Part shown: piece after piece, positions 1-13,385 of the stretch
Position numbering within the stretch: the first letter of the stretch is position 1
Layout: every line of letters starts with the position of its first letter
Assembly: GCF_001194135.2 (NCBI RefSeq)
Contig: NC_068999.1
Span: forward strand, 20,885,561-20,949,560
Direction of reading: 5' to 3'
Length of the DNA: 64,000 nucleotides
Origin: Octopus bimaculoides
Taxonomy: Eukaryota
Translations under genes and position numbers: made by a program
Notes under the pieces: model-generated
What the model was told of the DNA's origin: nothing
The model's input: the letters and a program-made list of their open reading frames with translations, nothing else
The model's database searches: none

Positions 1-1019
1 CATATATACGTATTTATATATACAGATATATATGGTACCCTCATCTTTAATTATTTTTTAGAGAATACTATACCAAAGGTATATTATTTGAAACTTTTCA
101 GATTAAAGTTTGAGGCTGGAAAATAACGACAAATGTCCAATGATATTTCCAAAGAGAATTTAACCCATGATAATGTTGGCTGAATTTAAATTATGTTCAG
201 AGTTTACTACAACTAAATAACACAAAGTAATTTTGATCAGTCATTGTAGTCAGTTATGAAATTAGCAAAAAATTATTTTAGAATGGAGGCATAACAAATT
301 TGTGATAGTCATTCTTCCCTCGGGAAGCGGAGAGCTTTCAAGCTGACAAAAATGAAAAGAGGAAAAAAACAAGAAAAACGAAACGGAGAATGACATCTCA
401 GTCGCTGGTTCAATTCACCTAGCAGCTCTCTCTCGATTCCACACTGCTGTCAGAATCAACGTAAAAACATTTTCTATACAAAAGGATGATCACGGAAAGC
501 GGAAACCAGTTTCTTTGAAATATTTTATAATACAAAGGAAGAGGTAAAAAACGTGAACATAAGACAGGAAATTAAATGGTATCAACTTAAGTTATATATC
601 TTTTACAGAAGTAGGGTTTCTTTACTATTATTTTCGCATAATTTTTCTACTTTCGCTATATATTTTTAATTTTAATTTCTTTTTCTTGATCATATTTGAC
701 ATTCAACTTTCATCATTCTTTTGAATTGTATTTTCATTCTTTGTTTTCATTTCATGTGTAAACCCTTTCAGATTTGCTGTATTATAATTTTTGTCCTTTT
801 CCACTAACCTATCATTCTCGTCACCGTTTATTAACTTGTTTCTATCTTTCATTCCATGACATCCTGTATGTTACCCCTTCTGATGTTAACCCATACAATA
901 TCATGTATTGTTTTCTATTTGCAATTCTTTTATCCTTTTCTCATTTTCTTTCGTTCTTTCTCACTCTAAATCTCTCTTTCTCCTTCCTTCAATATAAATA
1001 TGTGTGTGTGTGTGCGTGT

Positions 1020-1055
<36 letters not shown>

Positions 1056-1182
1056 GCATATATATATAGTGTATATGCTCTGAATGAGCGTATGTATGAA
1101 TATACCTATACAAATATATAGGTACATGTATATACATACATACATCTATATATGTATTTCATTATATATGCATAAATGCATG

Positions 1183-1273
<91 letters not shown>

Positions 1274-1475
1274 GCACACATATTTTCACTCTGATTCACT
1301 GTTTCCATCTTCCTAGTTAACTCACCACTCTTCATTTCGTTGTTCTTTTGTTCAGTGTTTCTTTATCCGCTATGTTTTATGCATTCACATGCACGTATGA
1401 GTGTATGTTTGTATGTATTTACGTTTGCATGTATGTATGCATGTATGTAGCATGTATGTATGTATCTATCTATCT

Positions 1476-1532
<57 letters not shown>

Positions 1533-2010
1533 NNNNNNNNNNNNNNNNNNNNNNNNNNNNNNNNNNNNNNNNNNNNNNNNNNNNNNNNNNNNNNNNNNNN
1601 NNNNNNNNNNNNNNNNNNNNNNNNNNNNNNNNNNNNNNNNNNNNNNNNNNNNNNNNNNNNNNNNNNNNNNNNNNNNNNNNNNNNNNNNNNNNNNNNNNNN
1701 NNNNNNNNNNNNNNNNNNNNNNNNNNNNNNNNNNNNNNNNNNNNNNNNNNNNNNNNNNNNNNNNNNNNNNNNNNNNNNNNNNNNNNNNNNNNNNNNNNNN
1801 NNNNNNNNNNNNNNNNNNNNNNNNNNNNNNNNNNNNNNNNNNNNNNNNNNNNNNNNNNNNNNNNNNNNNNNNNNNNNNNNNNNNNNNNNNNNNNNNNNNN
1901 NNNNNNNNNNNNNNNNNNNNNNNNNNNNNNNNNNNNNNNNNNNNNNNNNNNNNNNNNNNNNNNNNNNNNNNNNNNNNNNNNNNNNNNNNNNNNNNNNNNN
2001 NNNNNNNNNN

Positions 2011-2067
<57 letters not shown>

Positions 2068-2073
2068 AATATA

Positions 2074-2642
2074 CGAGGTATTATCAAAGAGTTCCTGGAC
2101 TAGTTATGTTTAATGAAAACCAACTTATTTACCTAGGTTTTAACATCATCGCTTCGAAATAGTCACCTTGCACAGCAATACACCCGGTCCCAGCGTTCCT
2201 GCCACTTTTAGAATCCGGCCTGGAGCCTGGATGTCGTTTTCCGTTAGCGAGTCGAGGACTTTCCGCCATTCGCTCTCGATCCCGACAACAGTGTTAAAAC
2301 AGTAACATTTGAGCTGCATTTTCATCTTGGGAAAGAGATGGAAATCCGCAGGTCCGAAATCTGAGAATTAGGACGGGTGAAGAAGCGATGGTGTGTTGTT
2401 TTTTGGCGGGAAACTCACGAGTGAGGAGAGCTTCGCAACAGGGTACCTCAACGTCGTAAAGAATCCAGACTTTAGGCTTGCCTGCACGTACACATACGAC
2501 TGATAAACAACATCAGCTATGTCAGTGAATGACCTCCGACGATACTCCTGCACAAGCTGATGAATTTTCTTCACATTTCCGGCGTGGCGTTTATAGCAGT
2601 TCTTCCAGATCGTTCCTCCTCTTCTAAGGATGTGTATCTTTA
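2074..2642 (-). mobile_element. Internally deleted, degenerate mariner element (3' TIR plus transposase remnants)
   Basis: A TA-flanked TIR-like end, cgaggtattatcaaagagttcc, lies at 2074. Minus-strand frames give TSLEEEERSGR and NVKKIHQLVQEYRRRSFTDIADVV (HTH region) joined almost directly to WILYDVEVP..REF and LLHPS*FSDFGPADFHLFPKMK, a decayed HPPYSPDLAPxDFxLFPKLK. Confidence 0.8.
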
Positions 2643-2830
2643 TCCCTGCTTGACAACCAGCTCTAGTGACTTTGACTCCGTAACGTAGTGGTTTTGCAAA
2701 AGAAATCGATACAATAGGTACCAGGCCGTACAAAATTACTGAGGTCGATTCAGTCGACTAACAATCCTTCAAGGCGGTTTCCCAGCATGGCCACGGTCTA
2801 ATGACTGAAACAAGTTATAGAGTAAAGATA
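2643..2830 (+). mobile_element. 3' half of an abundant octopus-type tRNA-derived SINE
   Basis: Ends in cccagcatggccacggtctaatgactgaaacaag. It is homologous to the reverse-oriented copies at 11131-11515 and 40135-40537. Confidence 0.75.
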
Positions 2831-4598
2831 AAAAAGTTATATGGCCAATCATTCTACAACAGCGTTTAATCCCCTCAAATATTACACACTACAGCCTTAT
2901 GTATGAGATAATCATTCTTATACCTGTTATAACGAGACTGACTAGAATGCTTTTGATCACGTCTGATAGATCATGATTGATATAAATCTAAACAACAGAA
3001 TGTCAAACTGACAAGAATTTGTTTGTTTGTTTTTTTCTTATTATTTCAGCTAGAACAATTTGTAGTGCATTCACAACTGCTATCCCTTACATGCCATGTA
3101 TCTCCTTTCACTCCAGCAACAGCTTTTCGTCTACTTTCGATCACATTGAAAAACCTTCTTTGCATCTCAGTATCAGTTCGTCCTATTCACTCGTGCATAT
3201 CGGGCAGCAATTTAATGGCACTGGTCTGTGTCGGCTCATGACGCTACCCAGTGGGGTGGGTAGAGAGTAAGAGAGTGAAAGGGAGAGACAGAGAGAGTGT
3301 AAGAGAGATAAAATGGCATATAAATTAGGTTCACTGGTATTTAATATGCCGCACGTATGCATATAATTGTATCACTGTATCTATGGATGCATGAATGTAT
3401 TTAATGTCATTATGCATGTATACATGAGGGTTTGAGTGAATGGATGGAGGGAGAGATGGATGCAGATAGGCGTGCGCATATAAAAGCCGGAAGTTATCTC
3501 AACTGAGATTCACATATACTACATCAATGCTTTTAAACATAAAAGACTGATGTAAGTATATATATATATATATATATATATNNNNNNNNNNNNNNNNNNN
3601 NNNNNNNNNNNNNNNNNNNNNNNNNNNNNNNNNNNNNNNNNNNNNNNNNNNNNNNNNNNNNNNNNNNNNNNNNNNNNNNNNNNNNNNNNNNNNNNNNNNN
3701 NNNNNNNNNNNNNNNNNNNNNNNNNNNNNNNNNNNNNNNNNNNNNNNNNNNNNNNNNNNNNNNNNNNNNNNNNNNNNNNNNNNNNNNNNNNNNNNNNNNN
3801 NNNNNNNNNNNNNNNNNNNNNNNNNNNNNNNNNNNNNNNNNNNNNNNNNNNNNNNNNNNNNNNNNNNNNNNNNNNNNNNNNNNNNNNNNNNNNNNNNNNN
3901 NNNNNNNNNNNNNNNNNNNNNNNNNNNNNNNNNNNNNNNNNNNNNNNNNNNNNNNNNNNNNNNNNNNNNNNNNNNNNNATATATATATATATATATAATA
4001 TATATATGTATATGTATATATACCCAATACTCATGTTTGTTTGAGAGCGTGGATGTGTGTGGATGTCTACGTCACAATTATATCCACACCTTAGTGTTTC
4101 GAGACAGACAGACAGACATACAGATATACAGAATAAATAGATAAATGAATTGATAGACACGTAGGTAGATACATAGGTAGTTACGTAGGTAGGTATATAG
4201 ACAGTAAGGCAAGAAGATAGACAAACTGATAGCTACAAACATACATGTTTACTTGCATAAATTCCGGCAGGTAATAACTCTCAGTTGAGACATTCTTCCT
4301 AATTACATTCCATTGCAGGAGAAATAAACAGGAAACCTTTTATGAAATGACGAGCTGTAAATCTAACATATAATAACGAACTTGTTGATGCGGAATTGAT
4401 GCTTTTACATAATCAACACCGCGCACTGTTAAAGTGTTTTCATAAATTTTGTGTATTATATGAAAGACAGACTTCCATAGCGATAAATATTTTTATAGGA
4501 ATGTATGCTAATAGACACAATTGCGTGTAAACATATGATAATGGGCATATAAATCATTGCATCATTGTAGCATACATATATGTATGTAAGTACGTATG

Positions 4599-4643
<45 letters not shown>

Positions 4644-5365
4644 NNNNNNNNNNNNNNNNNNNNNNNNNNNNNNNNNNNNNNNNNNNNNNNNNNNNNNNNN
4701 NNNNNNNNNNNNNNNNNNNNNNNNNNNNNNNNNNNNNNNNNNNNNNNNNNNNNNNNNNNNNNNNNNNNNNNNNNNNNNNNNNNNNNNNNNNNNNNNNNNN
4801 NNNNNNNNNNNNNNNNNNNNNNNNNNNNNNNNNNNNNNNNNNNNNNNNNNNNNNNNNNNNNNNNNNNNNNNNNNNNNNNNNNNNNNNNNNNNNNNNNNNN
4901 NNNNNNNNNNNNNNNNNNNNNNNNNNNNNNNNNNNNNNNNNNNNNNNNNNNNNNNNNNNNNNNNNNNNNNNNNNNNNNNNNNNNNNNNNNNNNNNNNNNN
5001 NNNNNNNNNNNNNNNNNNNNNNNNNNNNNNNNNNNNNNNNNNNNNNNNNNNNNATATATATATATATGTATGTATGTATGTTTTTATGTATGCATGTATG
5101 TATGTAAGTGTGTGTATGTGTGCGCGCGCATGTGTATATTCTTAATACTTTAATATTTATGTTATTAATATTTGTTAATTGTTAATTGTTTCAAATTTTG
5201 GATCAAGGCCAGCAATTATAGGGGTTGACGTTAAATCGATTACATCAACCCCAGTTCTTAACAGATACTTATTTTATCAAACCCGCGAAGAGATATAGCT
5301 AAGTCGACCGCGGCTGAATTATTGAGTGGAAATACTTTTCAGAATTTTGTTCGATGCTCTAAAAT

Positions 5366-5377
5366 AATGATGATGAA

Positions 5378-5450
<73 letters not shown>

Positions 5451-5460
5451 GTGGTGTTGG

Positions 5461-5518
<58 letters not shown>

Positions 5519-5540
5519 GATGATGATGGTGATGATGATA
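5366..5540. repeat. (GAT)n microsatellite
   Basis: Direct reading; it explains the poly-Met ORF 5322..5558. Confidence 0.97.
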
Positions 5541-5564
5541 GTTTCTTTTATTAGTTAGTACATA

Positions 5565-7790
5565 TTGTAGTATGAATTAGTAAAAAGGAAAGAAATAGAT
5601 GATAATGATGTGATTCTCCTGAAACAAGTCCACGTGGCCCAATCGAGGAAACGCACCATCTTAGCCCTCTCAAATTCTTGTTTGCTGACGGACAGGTCGA
5701 CAGTTAGAGCGGTACTATCTACTCTTGCCATTTTTGTCACATTTCAATAAATTCGCTCGATAACAGCAACTCTGGCTCTTCCCTCATTTTACTTTTCAAG
5801 TTTCACATGAAAAATTAATAAGGGCTCTACCAAAGAGGAATATCTAAGTCCTCATACATTTCAGCCTCGTCCACCTGAAAACATTTTTCGCAATAGCCAC
5901 TAGAGAAAGGAAAACTGCATCAAGCCTCCGGATAAAGGAGGGTGGATGGGTAATCTTTACCACGTACACGGCCGATACACTGATCCGTACCATACGCAAC
6001 AGCAGCTGTTCAATATAATTGCAACAGTTTGTAAAAATTGCATGCATCTCGGACTGTACATTCTACGTACCCGTGGAATTTATCTGAAACCGATAGCGCC
6101 CAGCAGTAGCAGTACAGGCCAAGGACTTCTGTAGGTTATCCATGGTAGTTCCTGACAAGAAAATCCACCGGAACAAACTAACCATTTTGCTTGCTTCGAC
6201 GCCGAATCTCCCCGAAAATGTCATCATTTGCCACTAATTTTCTATACATTGCTAAAGTTAGACATCCACCAATTTCTTGCTTGACTGGCAGAGGGTTCTG
6301 AGTCCCTAGGAATACTATATGTGCCAAGCGTCCATCCCGCTTTCTCCGTCATCCAGGACTGAACTTCCATCAAAGAACTATGGAAAGACGTGTATTACGA
6401 AGAGATTACATGCGTTCTTATTATCAAGAAATTGTTGTAGGTGACTCAACCTAGGCGCGTGTCTGCACATAAGCAGCTACGATTTGGCTAAGTCGTCTTG
6501 CAGGGTGGACTGGTAGCAGACGAACTACGTGGTCATTGAAATGCGTCCTATATACAAGAAAATAAATAACAGATGCTCCAATCAAGTTTTAGCCGGACCA
6601 ATACACGACGGTTACGCGATATATAATAAAGAAGACGTTCGGCAACTCAACTCGCAATTTCAGCCTTTCGCCCACTTCTGAGAAAGTGTGGCCGCTTTGT
6701 TCTTCACCTCATTCCTCGTTCCAATTCTTAACTAAATGGACTGGACTGAACTAGACCACGAAGAGTTTAACGGATCGTAAGTGCAGCGTCCAGCAATGCC
6801 ACTTAACGGCAACGACCTAACTTTCCAGGTCACCAACTACGAACCTACCTACTTGTTGGCATTGATTTTGACATCGTTAGTATGGTGCAGAAGGTCTCCA
6901 CTTTGGAAGTGTCCGACACCATAACAGTAGTATCGTAGGCGTGCACCGACAGCCCCCTCCCCGGACTCAGTTCGAATGGAGTGTCCCTCAACGGTTACAA
7001 TTCCCCAATAGTGGCTCGAGAGCCAGCGTGTACAACGGGGGCGAGAGCAGTCTGCCTGATGGACCGTGTGTGCAAAGCGAAACGACTGGATACATGACCG
7101 CTTAGTTTGAGCACCGAACAGAAACCGCTATGCATTGCAGTGATCCGACCTACAAAAACGAGTCCAAACCTGCTCGATTTCAGGATAACTTGCATGTAAC
7201 GATAGCCTACACCATCGTAGGTTTCAGATTTATCGAAATTGAAACAAGTCCCACCGTAGCCAGCTTCCGTCCCAACACTCTCCATTATGTAACACATCAG
7301 TTGGAAGTTGCCAGAGTTTGACGTTTTAGGAAACGGGAACATTTGAGTTTCCCCTATCAGATTAGCGACAAGCGCCACATTTTTCGCGATTTCCTTGGCC
7401 AGAATTTCAATTCTGTGTTTACCGGAGATATGGAACAAAAGTTGCATAGGACCACCTTCTTGTCGACAGCCTTCCTTAGCAGCGTCACCCGGTTAATAGT
7501 ACTAGGAATTTTGCCGTTCGGCTGATAGATTCAATGGACGTTTGCCACGAGGCTTCAGGACAAATATGGCAGGAACTCATAGAATTCATAGGACAAAATA
7601 TCCAAACAAGATTTGCGACTTGGGCAAATGTTCATCGCCTTCCGTATGTCAGCGACAGTCATCAGTTTTTCGCAGAACTGCCACTGCAAACAGCTGCGGC
7701 AGGCTATCCATGTACGAAGTACAGTTCATTACAGTCGCTGACCCTTCTCAAATAGCCACGCAAAGTGTCACCGAGAATAATGAGTATAAG
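5565..7790 (-). mobile_element. Degenerate, 5'-truncated Tx1/L1-clade LINE ORF2 (reverse transcriptase plus C-terminal region)
   Basis: ORF 6995..7447 reads EILAKEIAKNVALVANLIGETQ..GYGGTCFNFDKSETYDGVGYRYMQVILKSSRFG..RSIRQ, matching L1/Tx1 RT domains. Adjacent frames give ADIRKAMNICPSRKSCLDILSYEFY, VTLLRK, SVHAYDTTVMVSD (eroded YADD) and a C-terminal CPRC..HA segment. There are many stops and frameshifts. Confidence 0.88.
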
Positions 7791-7829
7791 ATTTTATGAG
7801 ATTTTATAATCCATTGTTAATCAGTGATT

Positions 7830-8190
7830 GATTCTCGGTAACCAGACATTGTTGTAGTCGGTGAAATGAAGGAAGTTAATATCATAGATATTGCCATCAT
7901 GGGGATATACAAACGAGGATAAAGAGCTAGAGAAGGCTGCGAAGAGCAAGCTACTAAAAAATGAGATTGCATGGAGGTGGGCGATGAAGAAAGTAACTGT
8001 CATCCCATTAGTTGTTGAGGCACCGGAGCATTAACAACCAGACTTGAGAAATTTCATAGAGAAATCTACCCTAATGTGATTTGTATGGTACCCCTAACAC
8101 AGCTATTACCGAATGTGTACCATACAAATCACATTAGGGTAGAACATGCTTAGAAAACTGCCTCCTGGCTTCTTATCACTTCAGCTGCCT
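7830..8190 (+). mobile_element. 3' fragment of an R4/Dong-like non-LTR retrotransposon (RLE endonuclease region)
   Basis: Translates with frameshifts to PDIVVV..NIIDIAI..DKELEK..LLKNEIA..WAMKKVTVIPLVVEAPGALTTRLEKF. It is homologous to 20700-21040. Confidence 0.75.
8065..8143. repeat. Perfect 27-bp inverted repeat with 25-nt loop
   Basis: tctaccctaatgtgatttgtatggtac (8065-8091) is the exact reverse complement of 8117-8143. Confidence 0.95.
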
Positions 8191-8204
8191 TCTATATGAT
8201 TACA

Positions 8205-8267
8205 TCTGCCATTCAGTAATTCTGCCATTCAGTAATTCTGCCATTCAGTAATACTCATTCAGTAATA
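8205..8267. repeat. 16-bp tandem repeat (tctgccattcagtaat) x3 plus a partial copy
   Basis: Units start at 8205, 8221 and 8237, followed by a partial cattcagtaat. Confidence 0.93.
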
Positions 8268-8765
8268 CATTATTTCACCGAATATGTGTATCTGACCTGT
8301 TGCTTCCCATGGAATGTGATAATCATTCTCATTTAGATTGAGTCCCCGCTTTTCACCTACACACTTGCATTTTTATTTCAATGTTATCAAAGCCTTATGT
8401 TTCTCGTGTGCAATGTCATTAGAGTACCAATGTTGGCTTCTTTTCCTTTGACTAGAGCCAGAAGTGATAGAGAACAACTATTAATGATATTGAGAAATAT
8501 TCAATAAAAAGACTCAAAATGAGACATAGTAACGTGTTGAATATAACATGTGAGTGTTTGTGTGTGTCAGAGAGTGAGAGAAAGTGACAGAGAGAGAGTG
8601 ACAGAGAGAGAGAGAGGAGGGAGAGAAGGAGTGTGTATATCTATATTTTTTATCTGGTATCCTTTATCTTTTATTTGTTTCAGTGATTAGCTATCGGCCA
8701 TGCTGGGGTACCGTCTTGAAAAATTTTACTCGAACGAATCGACAGACAGACAGACAGACAGATAC

Positions 8766-8810
<45 letters not shown>

Positions 8811-8817
8811 TTGATAA

Positions 8818-8863
<46 letters not shown>

Positions 8864-10719
8864 TAGTGCAATTTTAGTACTTAACTATAGTTTGTATCCA
8901 TTGCGTATGCTAACAGTGCATGAATGTGAACGCAACAATTCATTTTTATTATTATAGTGTAATCGATGTTAGCAGCATTAGACGTTATCCAAATATCTTT
9001 TCATTATTTAGTTAGCTTCTGAATTCAAAACTTGACATTTAAGATTTTGCCTTCTATCCCTCTGGTGTCGATCAAATAAATATCACTCAAGAAGTGGAGC
9101 GGTCTAATGAATTATGCTGCGTTTCTCACAAAATATGTGGCCCTAAGCCAATTTTAATCATCATCATCATTATCATCATCATCATCATCATCACAGAAGA
9201 TATTCTCATGGAAAAATGCCTTCCAGTACTTAATTACGAAGATTTGTAGTGAAATCCCAATTAGTGGCGAATTTACTTTTCCTCTATCCCTGGCCGATAA
9301 AAGTATTCTTAAACTACAAGAGCTGGTTAATTCGTACACGATCCCACCTCGAAATCTTTTGTCTTGGTGCCAAATTAAGAAATCGCTTACTATAAATCAA
9401 ATGTATTCGATATGAGCATCTGTAGATCTCTTCATGTACTGTTCATATTATTTTCTTACGTATTTGTACCTATTAAGTTCAAATAACATCCCGTATACTT
9501 TTTCTCTTTCATCATGTCGAGGCCAATAAATTCATAAAAGTTTACATATACACAATTCTATATAATTAACAACAGACTCATCACATAATCCAATTCTTGA
9601 ACTTGTCAAAGATCGCATAAAGATCACACATTTTAGCGAAATATAGAGTGGATTAAGCCAAATCAAGTGCTTCAACGGTACGTTAAATTATGAAACACAG
9701 AAGGATAAGTTGATTTTGACGCCGTTTTAACTCTGTAAGTAAAATGGCTTATTTGAATTCAGGCGGTTAACGGTGCTGCAAATGTTATAATTATGGTTGA
9801 AATAGAGACTGAGGAGCGAAAGAAAATGACTAAGGAATGTCATTTATTATGTCTGTGTTCTGAATTAATTTGCTGACAAGATTGACATTCCTATCGTTCC
9901 TTCAATTTTGATGAAATACTTAAAACCCTTTATATATTATGGTCACCAGTATATTGCACGAGTACATCACTTTTTATAATTCCGTTTGTATGTTGCTCTC
10001 ACTTTTGTATATAGCAAAGCAAATTCATAATCCTCTGTATTGCGCGCACACGCATACATATATGCAAATATGTGTGTATGTATATGTGTGTGTGTATTTA
10101 TGTATTTGTAGGATTCTGTTTTTTTATGGCGTTGAATAAGTTTATGACTGTTGAATTATTTTCCATTGTGCACGCCTGAAATTTTGCATTTAAATATTTG
10201 CATGGGTTTCCGTTTTCCTTATCGTTCCTAATTTCCCTTCCATAGGGTCTCTATGAGTTTGGAGTTTCTTAAATTTGTGTTTTTGACTCGTCAGTGTTGC
10301 TTATGTTTCTCACATTCAGATCTGTCTTCTATTTTTACTTTCTGTGTTTGTCGTTTTAAATTAGTCGTATTATATTCTTATATGTTATTCATTTATTGAA
10401 GGGTTTTTTTTTTACCGAGCGTCTTCGTGTTTTACGTAAACGTGCTGTGTCATCAAATATGAACTCTTTTACAGACTGTCGTAAATATCTGAGATCTGAG
10501 TGATCCCCATTCGAGGGACCAAAGTGGCACCGTATATACAAGATCTTTGGTATTACAGCTGGTACGAATATGGAGCGATAATGAATCGCGATGGGGCTGA
10601 TAAATTTCAAAATCATGTGTAGTTGGTGTTGTATATATCAATTTTGTGTCTGGCGAAACATTAATTTCTCAAAATGAATGAAATAACTGACAGAGGGACA
10701 GACACATCTTATATTTATG

Positions 10720-11070
10720 GTGCAACCGACAAATTTGCTTCAGTACATTTGCGCTCCTGAGAGCAAGAGCAAAAACGGACACACTTTTAAATTTTAGGCA
10801 GTCACATGGATGCTTTCTATGCTAAACAGAGCGTCCACCTCCTACTGCAATAGAAGTAAGTTTTGCACTTTTCCAGTATCCTCCACTTTATATCAAAATA
10901 GATTGGGTTTTCTTTAATTCTCTGTAGATTGTCTATCTCTGATAGTTGAACGAGGACTTGTGGTTGTCGAATGTCTTCCTCAAGGGACCTTGTGACGTGC
11001 ATACGTACTTCCGTACATTCACCTCTCCGCTGAGACCGTTTGACAGCGCCTCCGCCTTATACACAATGGT
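10720..11070 (-). mobile_element. Penelope-like element, GIY-YIG endonuclease fragment
   Basis: Minus frames read KYVCTSQGPLRKTFDNHKSSF and IYFDIKWRILEKCKTYFYCSRRWTLCLA*K. This matches the PLE pattern YIG..FK.R..NH..SF ... IKW.IL.K...Y....KRC.LCL.EK. Confidence 0.8.
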
Positions 11071-11130
11071 GTTATGTATGTATGTATGCATGTATGTATA
11101 TGCGGGTGTATGTATGTATTTATAGTTCAC

Positions 11131-11369
11131 TCTTACTTTTTTAAATATTTCAGTCAATTGAGTGTGGCTATGATGGAACACCGCCTTTTTTAGTCGAAGA
11201 AATCAACCCCTGGACTTATTCTTTATAAGTGTGGTGCTTATTTTATCAGGTCTTCTGCCGAACCGCTCAGTTACGGGAACGTAAACACACCAACATCAGT
11301 TGTCAAGCGATGGGAGGGACAAACACAGACATAAGCACATACACACACATACATACATACATACATACT

Positions 11370-11408
<39 letters not shown>

Positions 11409-11515
11409 CACGGATTTCTTTCAGTCTCCGTCTACCAAATCCAGAGGTGCCACGCAACGAGACTGAACCCGGAAACATGTGGGTGGGAAGCAAGCTTCTT
11501 ACCAAACAGTCACGC
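11131..11515 (-). mobile_element. Near full-length bipartite tRNA-derived SINE with CORE-like segment and internal (TA)n/(CA)n microsatellite
   Basis: It has the same architecture as 40135-40537: tRNA-like head, internal microsatellite, conserved 3' part. Confidence 0.8.
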
Positions 11516-12648
11516 TTGGGCCTATATATATATATATATATACTTGGTGGGGTGTGTAGCTGCGTACATGCATATATATCTATATGTGTACGAGTGTGTG
11601 CGTGTGTGGCTGTGGTGCAAACATATATACGTGCAGGAATGTGCTATGCAAGATAACAGGATTTTTGTTGAGATATGTAGGCTCTAATATGAGATATATT
11701 TCACTGCTATTTCTAGGAGATTGTTCGATTACGTGTTATTTTTATGATGGTACTATGCGATGTGATTTACATTCGGCTGGTGTATCAGTTCAATTCCATT
11801 TATTGAATTTGTGACTAGACTGTGTCTTTCAGATTTTAAAATTATTCCTTGCAGGCTGATTCTCAGTGTGGTTTGATTCGAAGAATATTTGCCTGCTAGT
11901 CCTATGAGGTCGAGACTCCTTATACGGGATGCATTATCCGTTATATTTCATAAAAAGAATATAACGACCGTAATCATGACGATGATTATGATAATTAAAA
12001 CTCTTCTTTTTTTTATGGCAGCACAGCTGCTTATTATGCGATTACGATGATGATGGTGTTGATGATGAAGATGATGATGATGATGATGATGATGATGTTG
12101 ATGATGATGATGATGATGATGACGATGTTCATGATAATTATGATGGAGTCGAAGTTAAAAGTGATCATTATCTGGAAGATCATAATAATTACGATGATAT
12201 TTGGTTATTTTTGAGTTCAAAAGAAAAATCGTTTCTTACCAACTTCAGAAGCTGTAAAACAGTAGGATTGTCTTAAAATATGTCTCTGTTGAGACCTTTG
12301 GCATTTAGCACGGAGGAACTGCAATAAGAACTGCATGATATGTCTAGGTGTGTATGCAAATGTGAGAGTGTCTCCATGCGTAATAATACACACACACACA
12401 CGCCCAAACACACACACACATATATACATATAAATATGTATGTATATATACACACATACGTATACATATATATGTATGTAAATACGCACACATACACACA
12501 CATATATACACATTTAAATATACATATGATAAAGCTAAAAGGAAATATATATTTACACACATGTCCATATATGCCTATATAAAGATAGGAAAACACAAAT
12601 ACATAGAAACGCACAGACACATGCACGTACACGTATATTTACCAATTC

Positions 12649-12688
<40 letters not shown>

Positions 12689-13174
12689 AGAAATATTTTT
12701 TGAATTCTTATTAACCGCTTTATACTTCCATTTTCTTCTGTGGATATAAGATTCCGCAGTTTTTTGTTGTTCTTCTTTTAGTTTAGTTTACAATAGTTTC
12801 AGTAATTAAATATATTTTGGTTGTTAATTCTGCCTCCCAAATAAATATGATCCATACACTAACGGAAATATATTTACCCAGTGTCTACCCGCTATTGCCT
12901 GCTGTAGTTTACAACCACGTAGTTTCGATTTCAATCCAACTACTCCAAGCAGATTATCAAGGGACACATAGAATAATTCGGTGTTGAACTTTTACCTACG
13001 TTTGAAACTTCATGGTAGGCCAATACGTCGTAGTATGTGTGTATCTATCTGTCACTGCGAGTGTGTCTATGTTTATCTGTATGTGAGTACACGCAGCTGT
13101 GTACCTGTATCTACAATTGCATATGTATATTATATCTAGATTTTTATGCCTAAATAATTATATATATATAAATT

Positions 13175-13385
13175 CTTTTTTTATTTGTTTCAGTTATTTG
13201 ACTGCAGTCATGCGGTAGCACCGCATTTAGTCGAACAAATCGACCCAGGGTTTATTCTTTGTAAGCCTATTACTTATTCTATCAGTCTCTCTTTTGCCGA
13301 AACGATAAGAGACGGAACCCGAAACACACCAACATTGGTTGTCAAGCGATGGAGGAGGGACAAACACAGACACAGACAGACACAC
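13175..13385 (-). mobile_element. 3' half of the bipartite SINE
   Basis: tgtttcagttatttgactgcagtcatgcggtagcaccgc...ttgtcaagcgatggaggagggacaaacacagac matches the 40141-40335 copy. Confidence 0.85.

Noticed and set aside
3050-3270. Strong plus-strand acceptor followed by two open frames
   Set aside because: No donor and no recognisable protein similarity.
8205-8267. Short direct repeats as a possible CRISPR array
   Set aside because: The units are contiguous with no unique spacers, in a eukaryotic context.
9192-9410. Open frame KIFSWKNAFQYLITKIC... after a cacag acceptor-like site
   Set aside because: Most of the sequence aligns to a decayed Meta-like SINE.
10494-10535. ctgagtga-tccc..ggga-ccaaa hammerhead-like string
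   Set aside because: It lacks the GAAA core, a clean stem III and a cleavage triplet; too degenerate. A similar weak string near 483-512 was also dropped.
10416-10596. 181-nt minus-strand exon-like segment (PIAIHYRSIF...RKTRRRS)
   Set aside because: It directly adjoins the 3' end of a PLE fragment, has weak splice signals and no recognisable homology; it is probably PLE UTR.
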